A stretch of DNA of 41,868 nucleotides from Spirochaetae bacterium HGW-Spirochaetae-7. GTDB taxonomy: Bacteria > Spirochaetota > Spirochaetia > Treponematales > UBA12059. This document shows, in pieces, positions 17,257 to 26,700 of the stretch. The translations under genes were made by a program, and so were the position numbers. The stretch's first letter is position 1, and every line of letters begins with the position of its first letter. The stretch spans positions 1 to 41,868 of the forward strand of contig PGXR01000004.1 in assembly GCA_002839245.1 (NCBI GenBank). The letters are read 5' to 3'. The notes under the pieces are model-generated. The model ran no database searches and was not told where the DNA came from. It saw nothing but the letters and a program-made list of their open reading frames with translations.

Positions 17257-17313
17257 GGAGAGAGCCGCGACCCCACGGGCTGTCGCGGCCGTCCGGTTCG
17301 TCTGCCGCTCCTT

Positions 17314-18810
17314 TCAGTACGAGCGCGCGAATATGGCCCGGTGTTTCGCCGGGGCACCGCATAGGCAGCAGGTACCTTCGCAATTGTCCTGCTGGTCGAG
17401 CGGCATGTTGCGTATCGTCACCTTGAGCTCCGCCTTGAGAGCGGCCTCGCATTCGCGGCTGCCGCACCACAGGCCGCGGGCATAGCCGCCGGTTGCCTCC
17501 GCGGTGCCTTCGTGCGACTCGCCGTCCACGGCGGCCTGAGCCTTGGCTTTCTTTTCCTTGCCGAAGAACGCTACCATCTCTTCATGGCTGGCGACATCCC
17601 TGGTGTTGGCGTCCCTGAATGCACGCGCCTTTTCGAGGAGGTCATGCTGCATCGCCGCCAGGATTTCCCGCGCCTTGGCCGGAGCGTCCTCGACCTTGAC
17701 GAAGGTCTTCTCCCCGGTGTCGCGGCGGACCATCACCACGTTACCGGCGGCGGCGTCTTTCGGGCCGGCCTCGACGCGTATCGGCACGCCGCGCATCTCC
17801 CACTCGGCAAACTTCCATCCGGGCGTGTTGCTGTCGTCGTCGTCGAACGCGACGCGCCGGCCGTCCGCCTTGAGCGCGGCGACCACCTTGAGCGCGTATT
17901 CGAGCACCACGGCCTTGTTGTCGGTCTTGAAGATGGGCACCACGACGATCTCGTCGGATGCCAGCGATGGCGGCAGGACGAGGCCCTTGTCGTCGGAGTG
18001 GGTCATGATGATGGCGCCGACCAGGCGCGTCGACGCGCCCCAGCTCGTCGCCCATACATGGTCGAGGCCGCCTTCGCGGGTCTGGAACTGGACGTCGAAG
18101 GCCTTGGCGAAATTCTGCCCGAGGAAATGGCTCGTGCCGGCCTGGAGCGCCTTCTTGTCCTGCATCATCGCTTCTATGGAGTAGGTGGCGACGGCGCCGG
18201 CGAATTTCTCCGCGTCGCTCTTGCGGCCCGCGATGACGGGCAGGCAGAGGTATTCCTCGGCGAACTTGCGGTAGACCTCGAGCATTGTCTCGGTCTCCTT
18301 TTCCGCCTGTTCCCGGGTCTCGTGGGCGGTATGGCCTTCCTGCCACAGGAACTCGGTAGTACGGAGGAAGAGGCGCGTGCGTTTCTCCCAGCGGACGACG
18401 TTGGCCCACTGGTTGTAGAGAAGGGGAAGGTCGCGCCACGACTGAATCCAGTCGCGATACTTGCTCCAGATGATCGTCTCGCTCGTCGGCCTGACTACCA
18501 GGGGCTCGTCGAGCTCCTCGCCGCCCGCGTGCGTTACCACGGCCAGCTCGGGGCTGAAGCCGGCGACGTGCTCGGCTTCCTTCTTGAGGAAGCTCATGGG
18601 GATGAACATGGGGAAATACGCGTTCTGGTGCCCAGTTTCCTTGAAGCGGCGGTCGAGCTCGTCACGCAGGCGCTCCCATATTGCGTACCCACGCGGCCTG
18701 ATGACCATGCAACCCTTGACCGGCGAATAGTCCGCGAGTTTCGCGTTCAGAACTATGTCGATATACCACTGCGAGTAATCGACGCTGCGTGGAGTGATCT
18801 TTTCGGCCAT
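17314..18810 (-). CDS. proS: Prolyl-tRNA synthetase, archaeal/eukaryote-like type
   Basis: 498 aa: [20 protein letters not shown]...[10 protein letters not shown]...[12 protein letters not shown]...[10 protein letters not shown]...[14 protein letters not shown]...SWG.STR. The C-terminal Cys cluster and terminal Tyr (...[17 protein letters not shown]) are typical of this ProRS type. Confidence 0.95.
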   Translation of the reverse strand: MAEKITPRSVDYSQWYIDIVLNAKLADYSPVKGCMVIRPRGYAIWERLRDELDRRFKETGHQNAYFPMFIPMSFLKKEAEHVAGFSPELAVVTHAGGEELDEPLVVRPTSETIIWSKYRDWIQSWRDLPLLYNQWANVVRWEKRTRLFLRTTEFLWQEGHTAHETREQAEKETETMLEVYRKFAEEYLCLPVIAGRKSDAEKFAGAVATYSIEAMMQDKKALQAGTSHFLGQNFAKAFDVQFQTREGGLDHVWATSWGASTRLVGAIIMTHSDDKGLVLPPSLASDEIVVVPIFKTDNKAVVLEYALKVVAALKADGRRVAFDDDDSNTPGWKFAEWEMRGVPIRVEAGPKDAAAGNVVMVRRDTGEKTFVKVEDAPAKAREILAAMQHDLLEKARAFRDANTRDVASHEEMVAFFGKEKKAKAQAAVDGESHEGTAEATGGYARGLWCGSRECEAALKAELKVTIRNMPLDQQDNCEGTCCLCGAPAKHRAIFARSY

Positions 18811-19020
18811 GTGGGTACCTCTTCCGGGGACTTCGCGGCCTTTAACCGGCGCGAAGGATGCTGTAGCGCATAAAACGACGAAGCGCCGACCCTCGGGAGC
18901 CGGCGCCTTCGAGGCGCGTTTCGATAGTATACGATCTCCCGGCGCCTGTTCAACGGCGCCGCCGACACCGCGGCGATGCCGCTAATGCGGCGATGCCGCA
19001 TGCCTGGACAAGAAGGCCGG

Positions 19021-19707
19021 TTATGGCAGGCGGAAGGCTTCGACCATGTAGCGGATAGACGAGCCGCCCGCGTTCTTTTCCAGCCGTTCGACCAGCGTTA
19101 CGACCGTCTTGCCGTCAGGCGCCAGGATTATCTCCCGGATCGTGTAGTCGGCAACGCCCTTGCGCTTTATGGCGGGGTTGCCGGCCTTGAGGCTGGTTTT
19201 CTTGCCATCCTTCGCCACCGTCACTTCCAGGCTGAACGACGAGGAGAAGGCGCCGGCCTGTTCCTCGACAGTCTCCTTGAGGGCGACGTCCCATTGGGCG
19301 CCGGTCTCGAAATCCTTGAACGACAGCGTGTCAGGGCCGGAGCTTCCATTCAGGAGCAGGTATACGAGGCGGCCTTGCGCGAGATGGTCTATCCTCAGCT
19401 TCCTTGCCGCGGGCACCGCGTCGGAGAACAGCTTGTAGAAACCGCCCGCAGGATCCCATCCTGGCTGAAGCGAGGCTCCGTACATGCCCTTGAATATGCC
19501 GTCCTTCACGAAATCGTTCTTTTTCGTGTCGACAAGGTACAGTTCGGCATACGGCTTGTCGTTCGACGCGTCGAGTCCGTAGAACCCGAACATGAAGCAG
19601 GACGAATCGGGAGAGAAGCCGAGGTTGACGAGGGTGGCGACGTCACCCGCGAAGGCCGTCGAACCGAACGCCAGAACCAGGGCGACGAGCGCTATCCATC
19701 TCTTCAT
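19021..19707 (-). CDS. Secreted protein, DUF2259-like
   Basis: I trimmed the track ORF to ATG 19707, which has GGGAGAA 6 nt upstream. The signal peptide is MKRWIALVALVLAFGSTAFA. GFSPDSSCFMFGFYGLDASNDKPYAELYLVDTKKNDFV resembles the DUF2259 N-terminal pattern as I recall it. Confidence 0.6.
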   Translation of the reverse strand: MKRWIALVALVLAFGSTAFAGDVATLVNLGFSPDSSCFMFGFYGLDASNDKPYAELYLVDTKKNDFVKDGIFKGMYGASLQPGWDPAGGFYKLFSDAVPAARKLRIDHLAQGRLVYLLLNGSSGPDTLSFKDFETGAQWDVALKETVEEQAGAFSSSFSLEVTVAKDGKKTSLKAGNPAIKRKGVADYTIREIILAPDGKTVVTLVERLEKNAGGSSIRYMVEAFRLP

Positions 19708-19813
19708 CGATATTCTCCCATCGGGCGGCAACTGGGACAGCCGACCCCGTTACTAATATCGGCATGCGGCTGTTGCCCTTGAGGGAAAAGCCTTGCGGTA
19801 GTACGGTAGTTCC

Positions 19814-20617
19814 ATGACGATCAAACTTCGCGAACGGCTGTTCTGGGGATTTTCCTCGATTTCAGCGACGGCCCTCGTTGCCGCCGCACTTGTAGCCTGG
19901 TCGATTGGGCCAGACGGCTGGAGGCGAGCCGTCGAAGCCGGTTTCTTGGCAGACCGCCCTGTTGATTTCTACACGGTGGTCGGTACAGCGGCTGTTTTCG
20001 GCCTTTATGCCGTCGTCGTCCTGGGTTTCATCGTTATCAGGAGCGGCAAGACCGTCTCGATAGAGGTCTTCTTCTTCGCCCTGTGGGTATTCTGCCAGTC
20101 GTTCGAGCTTGCAAAGGTAGCCTCGGTCGTATTGGGAGCAAGGGGGGCTGGTTCAGGCGCTTTCGAGCTCGTCACCCGGGTGGCGCTGTTTGGCCACTAT
20201 TGCGGAGCCATAGCCGTTTTCTCCGGCAGCCTGTTCTCCGTCGGGCTCAAGCAGGAACGCACGTTGGCGATGTTCGCGATGACCGTGATGGTGGCCTTGT
20301 TCTTTGCCTCGGTACACCCGCTCAATTCGATAGGACAGGGCAAGGACCTGCTGGCAGACAGAGGCGTCGTTTCGCTTTCCAGGGCTTTCGAGATATCGCT
20401 GGCCTTGATGGCGGCGGTCGATTACCTCATCGGGTGGAGGGCCAGCCGGGACAAGTCATACATGATGGCTGGCTTGGGGATTCTTGCGTGCGTCGCGGCA
20501 TCCAATGTCCTCAAGTCATCATTCCAGCCGCTGGTGGCCGTGCTGGCAGTTCCGGTGCTGGTATTCGGGACTTGGCTGCACCTGCGGAGTCTGCACGACT
20601 ATTACCTCTGGCGTTGA
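19814..20617 (+). CDS. Hypothetical polytopic membrane protein
   Basis: 267 aa with about 7-8 hydrophobic segments. I recognised no motif. Confidence 0.55.
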   Translation: MTIKLRERLFWGFSSISATALVAAALVAWSIGPDGWRRAVEAGFLADRPVDFYTVVGTAAVFGLYAVVVLGFIVIRSGKTVSIEVFFFALWVFCQSFELAKVASVVLGARGAGSGAFELVTRVALFGHYCGAIAVFSGSLFSVGLKQERTLAMFAMTVMVALFFASVHPLNSIGQGKDLLADRGVVSLSRAFEISLALMAAVDYLIGWRASRDKSYMMAGLGILACVAASNVLKSSFQPLVAVLAVPVLVFGTWLHLRSLHDYYLWR

Positions 20618-20639
20618 ACGCAAGCGCCGCCTGCCGGAG

Positions 20640-21275
20640 TCATGCCAACCCGAAAACCGCCACCGCGCAGACGCCGACGACCGTCGGCAGCAGGATATTG
20701 TCCAGATCCCTGGACGGGATAGCCTCGGTGACGGTAGCGATCACCGCAATGGTCGCCGACCGCGGGGCATCGCCGGTCAGCGCGTAGGTAGAGCTGATGA
20801 CTGCAATGAAGCAGGTCAGGCTTCCCTCGATCGATTTTCCGCCGGTGAACGGGATCTTGATGGTTCCGAAAGCCTTTCCGACGAGGCTCGAGAATCCATC
20901 GCCGAACGCGAGCGCGTAGATGGCGATAGCCGCGGCCGGCTCGGGATACAGCATGAGGGCGAGCAAGGCGCCGAGTCCGAGGGTCACCGGGCCGTATACG
21001 AACCTGCCGGCGTCCCGTCGCCTGGCCGCGACCGCCGTGATCCTGCTGATTATGGCGATCTCGTAGCCATGCAGTCGCATAAGCTCGCTATATGAATAGA
21101 CCAGCACGCCGGACGACAACAAGGCGACGGTAACGCTAAAATTCCAGCCAGCGAGCGTTGGAACGAGACCTATGAGAAGGTGGATGCTTTTTCTTACCAG
21201 TTCGGTCCTGAGTTCGGCGGACCAGGGGCGTACAAGGGCGATCGTTTCTGCTGTTCCTGCGCTATTGAATATCAT
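20640..21275 (-). CDS. CTP-dependent polyprenol/phytol/diacylglycerol kinase-like membrane protein (CdsA/dolichol-kinase superfamily)
   Basis: I trimmed the track ORF to ATG 21275 (MIFNSAG...). Motifs: RKSIHLLIG, FGDGFSSLVGKAFG and GGKSIEGSL. Confidence 0.6.
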   Translation of the reverse strand: MIFNSAGTAETIALVRPWSAELRTELVRKSIHLLIGLVPTLAGWNFSVTVALLSSGVLVYSYSELMRLHGYEIAIISRITAVAARRRDAGRFVYGPVTLGLGALLALMLYPEPAAAIAIYALAFGDGFSSLVGKAFGTIKIPFTGGKSIEGSLTCFIAVISSTYALTGDAPRSATIAVIATVTEAIPSRDLDNILLPTVVGVCAVAVFGLA

Positions 21276-21484
21276 TGTTTTCTCATTGCTCCAATGAAGG
21301 ATATGCAAGAAGCGATCCAAATTTAGCAGTGCGCAAGATGCTTGTTCTATATATATGCTGTCAAGATAATTATATCCGATATAACAAAGGCTTGACAGCA
21401 AGGTATCGAAAGAACGTATGGTATTTCATACTTCCAGTATGGCGATGTACATACTGTACCGCTTCCCGGGACGACAGCCCCGTG

Positions 21485-21514
21485 TTGACACGGGACTCGA
21501 CCCGAAGTTAATAT
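21485..21514 (+). promoter_or_regulatory. Sigma-70 promoter upstream of the tRNA-Val locus
   Basis: TTGACA (21485-21490), an 18-nt spacer, then TAATAT (21509-21514). The predicted TSS is near 21521, so the 5' tRNA-like fragment lies inside the transcript. Confidence 0.55.
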
Positions 21515-21565
21515 CCCCGGCGTATTGTCTGTTTGTCGAGTCGATTGACTCAGCGGGAGAGTGCG

Positions 21566-21704
21566 CGCTTGGCTTGCTTTCCTGCATTAGTATTTTTTGT
21601 GGGCGATTAACTCAGCGGGAGAGTGCTACCTTCACACGGTAGAAGTCACTGGTTCAATCCCAGTATCGCCCACTAAAAATACCGAATCGAAAGCAAGCCA
21701 AGCG
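21566..21704. repeat. Perfect 16-bp inverted repeat flanking the intact tRNA-Val
   Basis: CGCTTGGCTTGCTTTC (21566-21581) is the exact reverse complement of GAAAGCAAGCCAAGCG (21689-21704). A third, direct partial copy, CGAAAGCAAGCCAA, lies at 21839-21852. Confidence 0.9.
21601..21672 (+). tRNA. tRNA-Val (anticodon CAC)
   Basis: I hand-folded the cloverleaf. Acceptor: GGGCGAT/ATCGCCC. D arm: ACTC/GAGT. Anticodon arm: CTACC-TTCACAC-GGTAG. Variable loop: AAGTC. T arm: ACTGG-TTCAATC-CCAGT. Discriminator: A. CCA is not encoded. Confidence 0.9.
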
Positions 21705-21850
21705 AACCTTCACACGGTAGAAGTCACTGGTTCCTCGCCAGGGTACTGGCAGCGCCTGAGTACGCGTTCGTTCGCGAACGCTACGTCAATCGTACTCGAT
21801 TGACGAAAGCCCAGTATCGCCCACCAAAAACGCTGAAGCGAAAGCAAGCC

Positions 21851-22093
21851 AATTGGATCCTGGATTTCATTACGCATCCGATGGGGGCGATTTTCGGCGG
21901 GAAACCGTTACCACCCGACCTCCCGCTTCTTTTTGCCGGTTCTCCCAAAGTCGGACTTGGCATGTACAACCGCTCGTACGCTCTGGCCATAGCTTTCGAT
22001 GTTTGGCTGACGGTTGCAGGCATCGCGTCCTATGTCGCGTTCCGGAAGAGCGGGTCATCAAGCATAAGGAACGAAGGATCAGGCTCTCGGTAG
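21851..22093 (+). pseudogene. C-terminal fragment of a membrane-protein gene (N-terminal part missing)
   Basis: ...WILDFITH...PDLPLLFAGSPKVGLGMYNRSYALAIAFDVWLTVAGIASYVAF resembles only the C-terminal third of a membrane-protein family with a W.LD..TH...PDLPL...PKVGLG pattern. The upstream part of the track ORF (21800-21850) is tRNA-derived sequence. The 3' end overlaps the convergent kinase gene. Confidence 0.35.
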
Positions 22094-23617
22094 TACCTGG
22101 CGCATTCCGTCGTCTGCCGGCAAGGACAGCCGGAATGACGATCCTTTGCCCGGAGCGCTCGTCACCTCCAGTCTTCCGTGCATTAGCCTGGTGAATTCCA
22201 TCGACAGGATCAGGCCGAAGCCGACTCCCTGCTCGCCGTTCGTTCCCGTGCGGTGAAGATGGCCGTCCACCTTGAACAGTTTAGACAACTCGTCGGCATC
22301 CATCCCGACACCTTCGTCATTCACGGAGATCCGCCATCCTGCGCTATCCCGCTCGGCATGAACCGAAACACAAGTCCCGGCGGGCGAGAATTTTACCGCA
22401 TTCTGGAGCAGGTTGCGGAGCACGGAATCGAGCATGTCCCGGTCCGCGGCTACCATTAGCCCGCCGGATGCGGGAACCTCCAGCCTGACGCCCTTGCTTG
22501 CCGCCGCTTCTCGCAGGATCTCGGCTTGTTCCCGGATGGATGCCGAAGCGTCGACGCCGGTGATGACAGGGAGGATAGCCCCGCTCTGGCAGCGGGCCCA
22601 CGCGAGCACCTTGTCGACCAGCGCCAATGAGGCCGTGGCCGTTTTCCCGATCTCGGCGAGCATGACGCTGTCTTTCGGGTCGATGGAAGCGCCCATCGAG
22701 GAAACGAGGTAGTCGGTAGCGCTTTCTATCCCTGAGAGCGGACTTTTCAGGTCATGGCTGAGGATGGAAAAGAAAGTGTTCTTGGCTTCGTTGGACAGGC
22801 TCAGCTCCAGTTCGCTCGCCCTGAGCTTCGTGAACATCTGTTCCTGCGGCCGCTCGAGGCCCGTTACCATTATGGAGCGGTAGATGAGATAGAAAGACGC
22901 TATCTTCAATAAATGCCCGGTCATGTTGAGCCAGTCGAAATTGGAAATGTACAGGGTGAAGGAGAGCTCCGACAGGACGGTCAGGAAGATCGACAGTATC
23001 AGGTTGACGTAAACTTCGCGGGAATACCTGGAACGGTTACGGCGGAGAGTCCATGCCGCTAACAGCAGGATTGCTATGATGACGGTCTCCGCGGCCACCT
23101 TGAAGGCGGTCTGGCCCGATCCGGCGACGAAGCATGCCGGGAATACCCTGTATATGAAAATGCTCGCGAAGATGGCGGCCGTGTACAGAGTATAAGCCCC
23201 TACGATCGGCGCCGCACGCCGGCCGGCCCGGTCGTGGTAGGCGTTGAATGACAGCAGGCTGACGGCTTCGAGGAACCGGGCAGCCACCCACAGCTGATTC
23301 GCGGGATACAGGTATCCGGGGAACAGGCCCATGCCGGCGAAGGCGAGCGTATGGAATAGATCGATGAAGGCGATGAAGGCATAGGCGATCCCGAGCGTCA
23401 CGAGCGAAGGCACCTGGTTGTATTTGCGGGTGTGCCAGGCAACCAGGAAGTAGCTGGCGGCGATGATGATGCTGAACAGTTCGGCCAGGCTGTGGAACAG
23501 GAGATAGCTCCAGGCGCGTGACGCCAAAATGGCCGCCAGAACCAGGGCAAGGCCGGCGATCGAACGGCGGTTCGTGGAGAGCGTCGATGGAGGAGGTATG
23601 CTGGCTTCGGCAGTCAT
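22079..23617 (-). CDS. Membrane sensor histidine kinase (MASE3-like multi-TM N-terminus + HisKA + HATPase)
   Basis: 512 aa with about 7 TM segments (HSLAELFSIIIAASYFLVAWH...). The H-box is FFSILSHDLKSPLSGI. The ATPase boxes are LRNLLQNAVKF, NDEGVGM and GVGFGL. Confidence 0.88.
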   Translation of the reverse strand: MTAEASIPPPSTLSTNRRSIAGLALVLAAILASRAWSYLLFHSLAELFSIIIAASYFLVAWHTRKYNQVPSLVTLGIAYAFIAFIDLFHTLAFAGMGLFPGYLYPANQLWVAARFLEAVSLLSFNAYHDRAGRRAAPIVGAYTLYTAAIFASIFIYRVFPACFVAGSGQTAFKVAAETVIIAILLLAAWTLRRNRSRYSREVYVNLILSIFLTVLSELSFTLYISNFDWLNMTGHLLKIASFYLIYRSIMVTGLERPQEQMFTKLRASELELSLSNEAKNTFFSILSHDLKSPLSGIESATDYLVSSMGASIDPKDSVMLAEIGKTATASLALVDKVLAWARCQSGAILPVITGVDASASIREQAEILREAAASKGVRLEVPASGGLMVAADRDMLDSVLRNLLQNAVKFSPAGTCVSVHAERDSAGWRISVNDEGVGMDADELSKLFKVDGHLHRTGTNGEQGVGFGLILSMEFTRLMHGRLEVTSAPGKGSSFRLSLPADDGMRQVLPRA

Positions 23618-23701
23618 AGGCGTCTCCTTTGGCGGCGATAGTCCTGGCGCTCATGAAGCGCCATGCCCGAGGCAGCGGGAGCCCGGCTCCTGCGTACCAC
23701 G

Positions 23702-26700
23702 CTATTTTTTCGGGTAGGTCATCTCCGTCGGGATGGTCCGATACAGGCCAAGGTCAATGCCGCGCAGCGGGTGGAGCACGAAGTCGAGGTTGAGGAATCC
23801 GAGGTTCTTCGACTCGGAGCGTATCATGCTCGTCTGGTCCCTCGAAAGCGAATCGTACAACCGGGCGGACTCCGTGAATTCCACCATCGCATCTGCCCGG
23901 CGCCGCGCGTCGCCCATGCGTTCAGCCACCCGGTACAGCGCGGCTCCCAGGTTGTTCCTGGTCATGGTCAGCAGTTCGACGATTTCTGCGTGCGACGGCT
24001 TGACCTGCGGGCTCGGCAAGGCAAGTGTGTCGAGTTCGAACTGGAGCCTGTCGGCGAGCATCGATAGATACCCCTGTGCCGCGAAGTAGTCACCACGGGC
24101 GTAGAGGGCGTTGGCGGTCGCCCACTGCAGGTAGGGGGAAGCGTTGGCGTCGAGGCCCGCGCGGTAGAAGAACTTGAGTGCTGCCGTCCCGTCGTCGGAT
24201 GGTCGCATGTAGCCTATGTAGCCGCGCCGGTAGTCGGTTTCCGGCGTTATCCAGCCGTTGGCCTCAGCCTGCGAGTAAAGCCTGAGGGCGCCGTCGAAGT
24301 CCATGCGCTCTGAATAGTATATGTCGGCAAGCAGGGCGTAGGCCTTGCCGTATTGGGGATCCCGCCTGAGCTGGAGTCCCGAGAGGGCCTGTTCGTATCG
24401 TTCTATCGCCTGGTTGAACGAATCCTCCGCATCGAGGCTCCTGCCGTTCTCGCGTCGAAGCTCGCCGAGCCGGATCAGCGTATCCATGTAGCGCTTGGTC
24501 CGCTTGATCGACAGTCCGCTCTTGGCGTCGGTTTCGGCGAAGAAACGGGCGGCGAACTCGAGGGCCTTGAGCTCGTCCTGCGGGAAACCCGACCGTCTGT
24601 TCCAGCGGGCCATGGCGGCATGCGCCTCGGGCATGGAGCCGTCCCGGTTGACCGCGGCAAGCAATATCGCGTTCACATGCTCCGTTTCGTTCCTGCCCAG
24701 AAGGTAGTCGCCGAGTTCGGCCAGCGTCGCCGCCGACCAGGTGCTCTTGCGGTTGCCTATGAAGTATTCGGCCAGTGACCGGATTTCGCCAAGCTTGTCC
24801 TTGCCTCCGTAGCGCTCCGTCCGTATCAGGTAGACGAGCATCAGCTCGAGGTACGAGTCGGATCGGCCGTGACGCTCCATCAACGTCGCCAGCTGGAGCC
24901 TGGCCTTCTCGTAGAGTCTCTCGACCAGCGGGACATCGGGGCCTTCATAACGTTGCTCCGAGAAGTCCGCCCATGCGAGGTAGTTCAGCGCGGAAAGGAG
25001 CAAAGCGGATTGGTTGAAGTAGTCGCGCTGGAGGATGTGGACCTGCAGCACCGACTCGGTCTTGTCGAAGGAAAGGATGTCGTATTCCATCCTGGCGTAA
25101 TCGAGTGCCGCCCTCGTCTCCCTTGGCCATTTTTCGAGCAGCCGGTCGTACATTGCCTCGGCGAGGGGGTACTGGCCTTTTTCGGCATATGCTTCGGCGA
25201 AGCGGTAGTGCCAGCCCTTCATCGTCCATTCCTTGTCGGCACGATCGAAGAACTCCAGCGACTCTCCGTACTTGTTCAGGTCTATCTGCCTGCGTCCCTG
25301 GGAATAGAGCGAGTTGGCGTGCAGCGGCCGATAGGCAAAGGTATAGCCAAGGTAGAAGAGGGCTCCGGCTCCGGCGGCGACAAGCAGCAGGATCTGAAGG
25401 ACAGGCAGAATGGAATGGACGAAAACGTACCTGAGGCTGCCCTTTTCGGCTTCGAAGGCTGCTCCGCTTCGCTTGGTGAAGCCGGCGGGTATCTCGATGT
25501 AGCGCTTGAGGACGCGGCCGGATAATTTGGCGGCGTCCTTGGCGTTGGCCCGGGCCACCAGCATCCAAATAAGGTCGGATTGCTGTGCTTCGGTGCCCTT
25601 GGCGTTGGCGATGATGTCCTCGACCGCGAGCCGCAGGTTGAGCGGGTAGGACAGCAAGGTATCCTGCAGTGCATCCGCCTGTGCGTCGCTCAGGTCGACG
25701 GGGCGTGCCTGTTTCTCTTCCCTGGGCTTGGACGGCTCCTCGCCGAACGCTCCGGCGGGCGCTGCCCCGGCGGGTACCTGGGCTTTCCTGGCCGGCGCGG
25801 AGCTTTTTTCTCCCCCCATCTCGAAACCGGGGATGGTGAAGTCGCCTCCCCAGTCGGTGTCGAGGGAGAAGTTCTCCGCCGCGGGCGCCTTGTCCTCGAG
25901 CGACGCAAGTTGGCCTTCGATGTCGTCGGGGGCCGCTCCCCGGGAGAAATCCTCCGCGCCTAAATCCGGGACCGAGGCAGCAAAACCGTCGCCTTCCTGT
26001 CCGCCGCCGAGGTCGAACTGGTCGAAGGAATCGCCCTCCATCGATTCGGACCCGAGGTCGAAGCTGGGAAGCACCTCGGTTTCCGGCTCGGTTTCCGGCT
26101 CGGGTTCCGGCTCGGGTTCCGGCGGGGCGGCAAAAGGCTCCGCGTCGCTGAACTCGGGCATGGAGAAAGCGTTTGCCTGCTCGTCCTCTCCGTGGATTTC
26201 AGACAGGGTTTCGAGATCGTCGAGGCCGAACGTCTCGCCTGGCTCCGCTTCGGCTTCCTCCGGTCCGGCCGTTGTTTCGCGGTCGGGCATGGGTTCTTCG
26301 ATTTCGCCAGGCTCCGGCAACTCGTCGGTCAAATCCGGCTGGCTGGAGGAGTCCTCGATCATCGACTCGAAGTCCTCGAGGAGGGATCCTGGAACGGAGA
26401 AGTCCTCCGGCGCATCATCGATAGGGTCCGCGATGTCGGGTACGGTTGCCGGCGGCTCCGCCATCTCCTCGAGTCCCGCCGGCAGCTCGAAATCGTCCGC
26501 GGGGGTTTCGCCGCCCTGCGGTTCATCGACTGTCGACAGGTCGTCGAGGAACGAGGCGAAGTCGGTTCCATCGGGCGGAACGTCAAGGGCGCTTTCAGGG
26601 CCCGGAGCTTCAGGCCCCGGGCCGAGCAGGGCCGCGAGGTCGTCAGGCACTCCCTGCGGAGGTGGCGGCATGTCTTGCCAGGCTTCGCCCCATTGGGCGA

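Larger units (their letters stand above)
21539..21830 (+). pseudogene. Second, split tRNA-Val-like copy in three pieces that encloses the intact tRNA-Val
   Basis: Piece A (21539-21564) is identical at 23 of 26 nt to tRNA 21601-21626. Piece B (21706-21733) is identical at 28 of 28 nt to tRNA 21628-21655. Piece C (21807-21830) is identical at 22 of 24 nt to 21656-21679 and encodes A-CCA. The interruptions fall in the anticodon stem (140 nt, containing the intact tRNA) and in the T-loop between C56 and A57 (73 nt). Confidence 0.6.

Noticed and set aside
16628-18873. Long ORFs 16628..17470 (-), 16772..17485 (+) and 17512..18873 (+, 453 aa)
   Set aside because: They are off-frame or antisense to the lipoprotein gene and to proS, whose identity is unambiguous.
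26077-26124. Short tandem 12-nt repeats, considered as a possible CRISPR-like or regulatory array
   Set aside because: There are only four contiguous units with no spacers. They are in frame and encode a (PE/TE)n tract within a long ORF.
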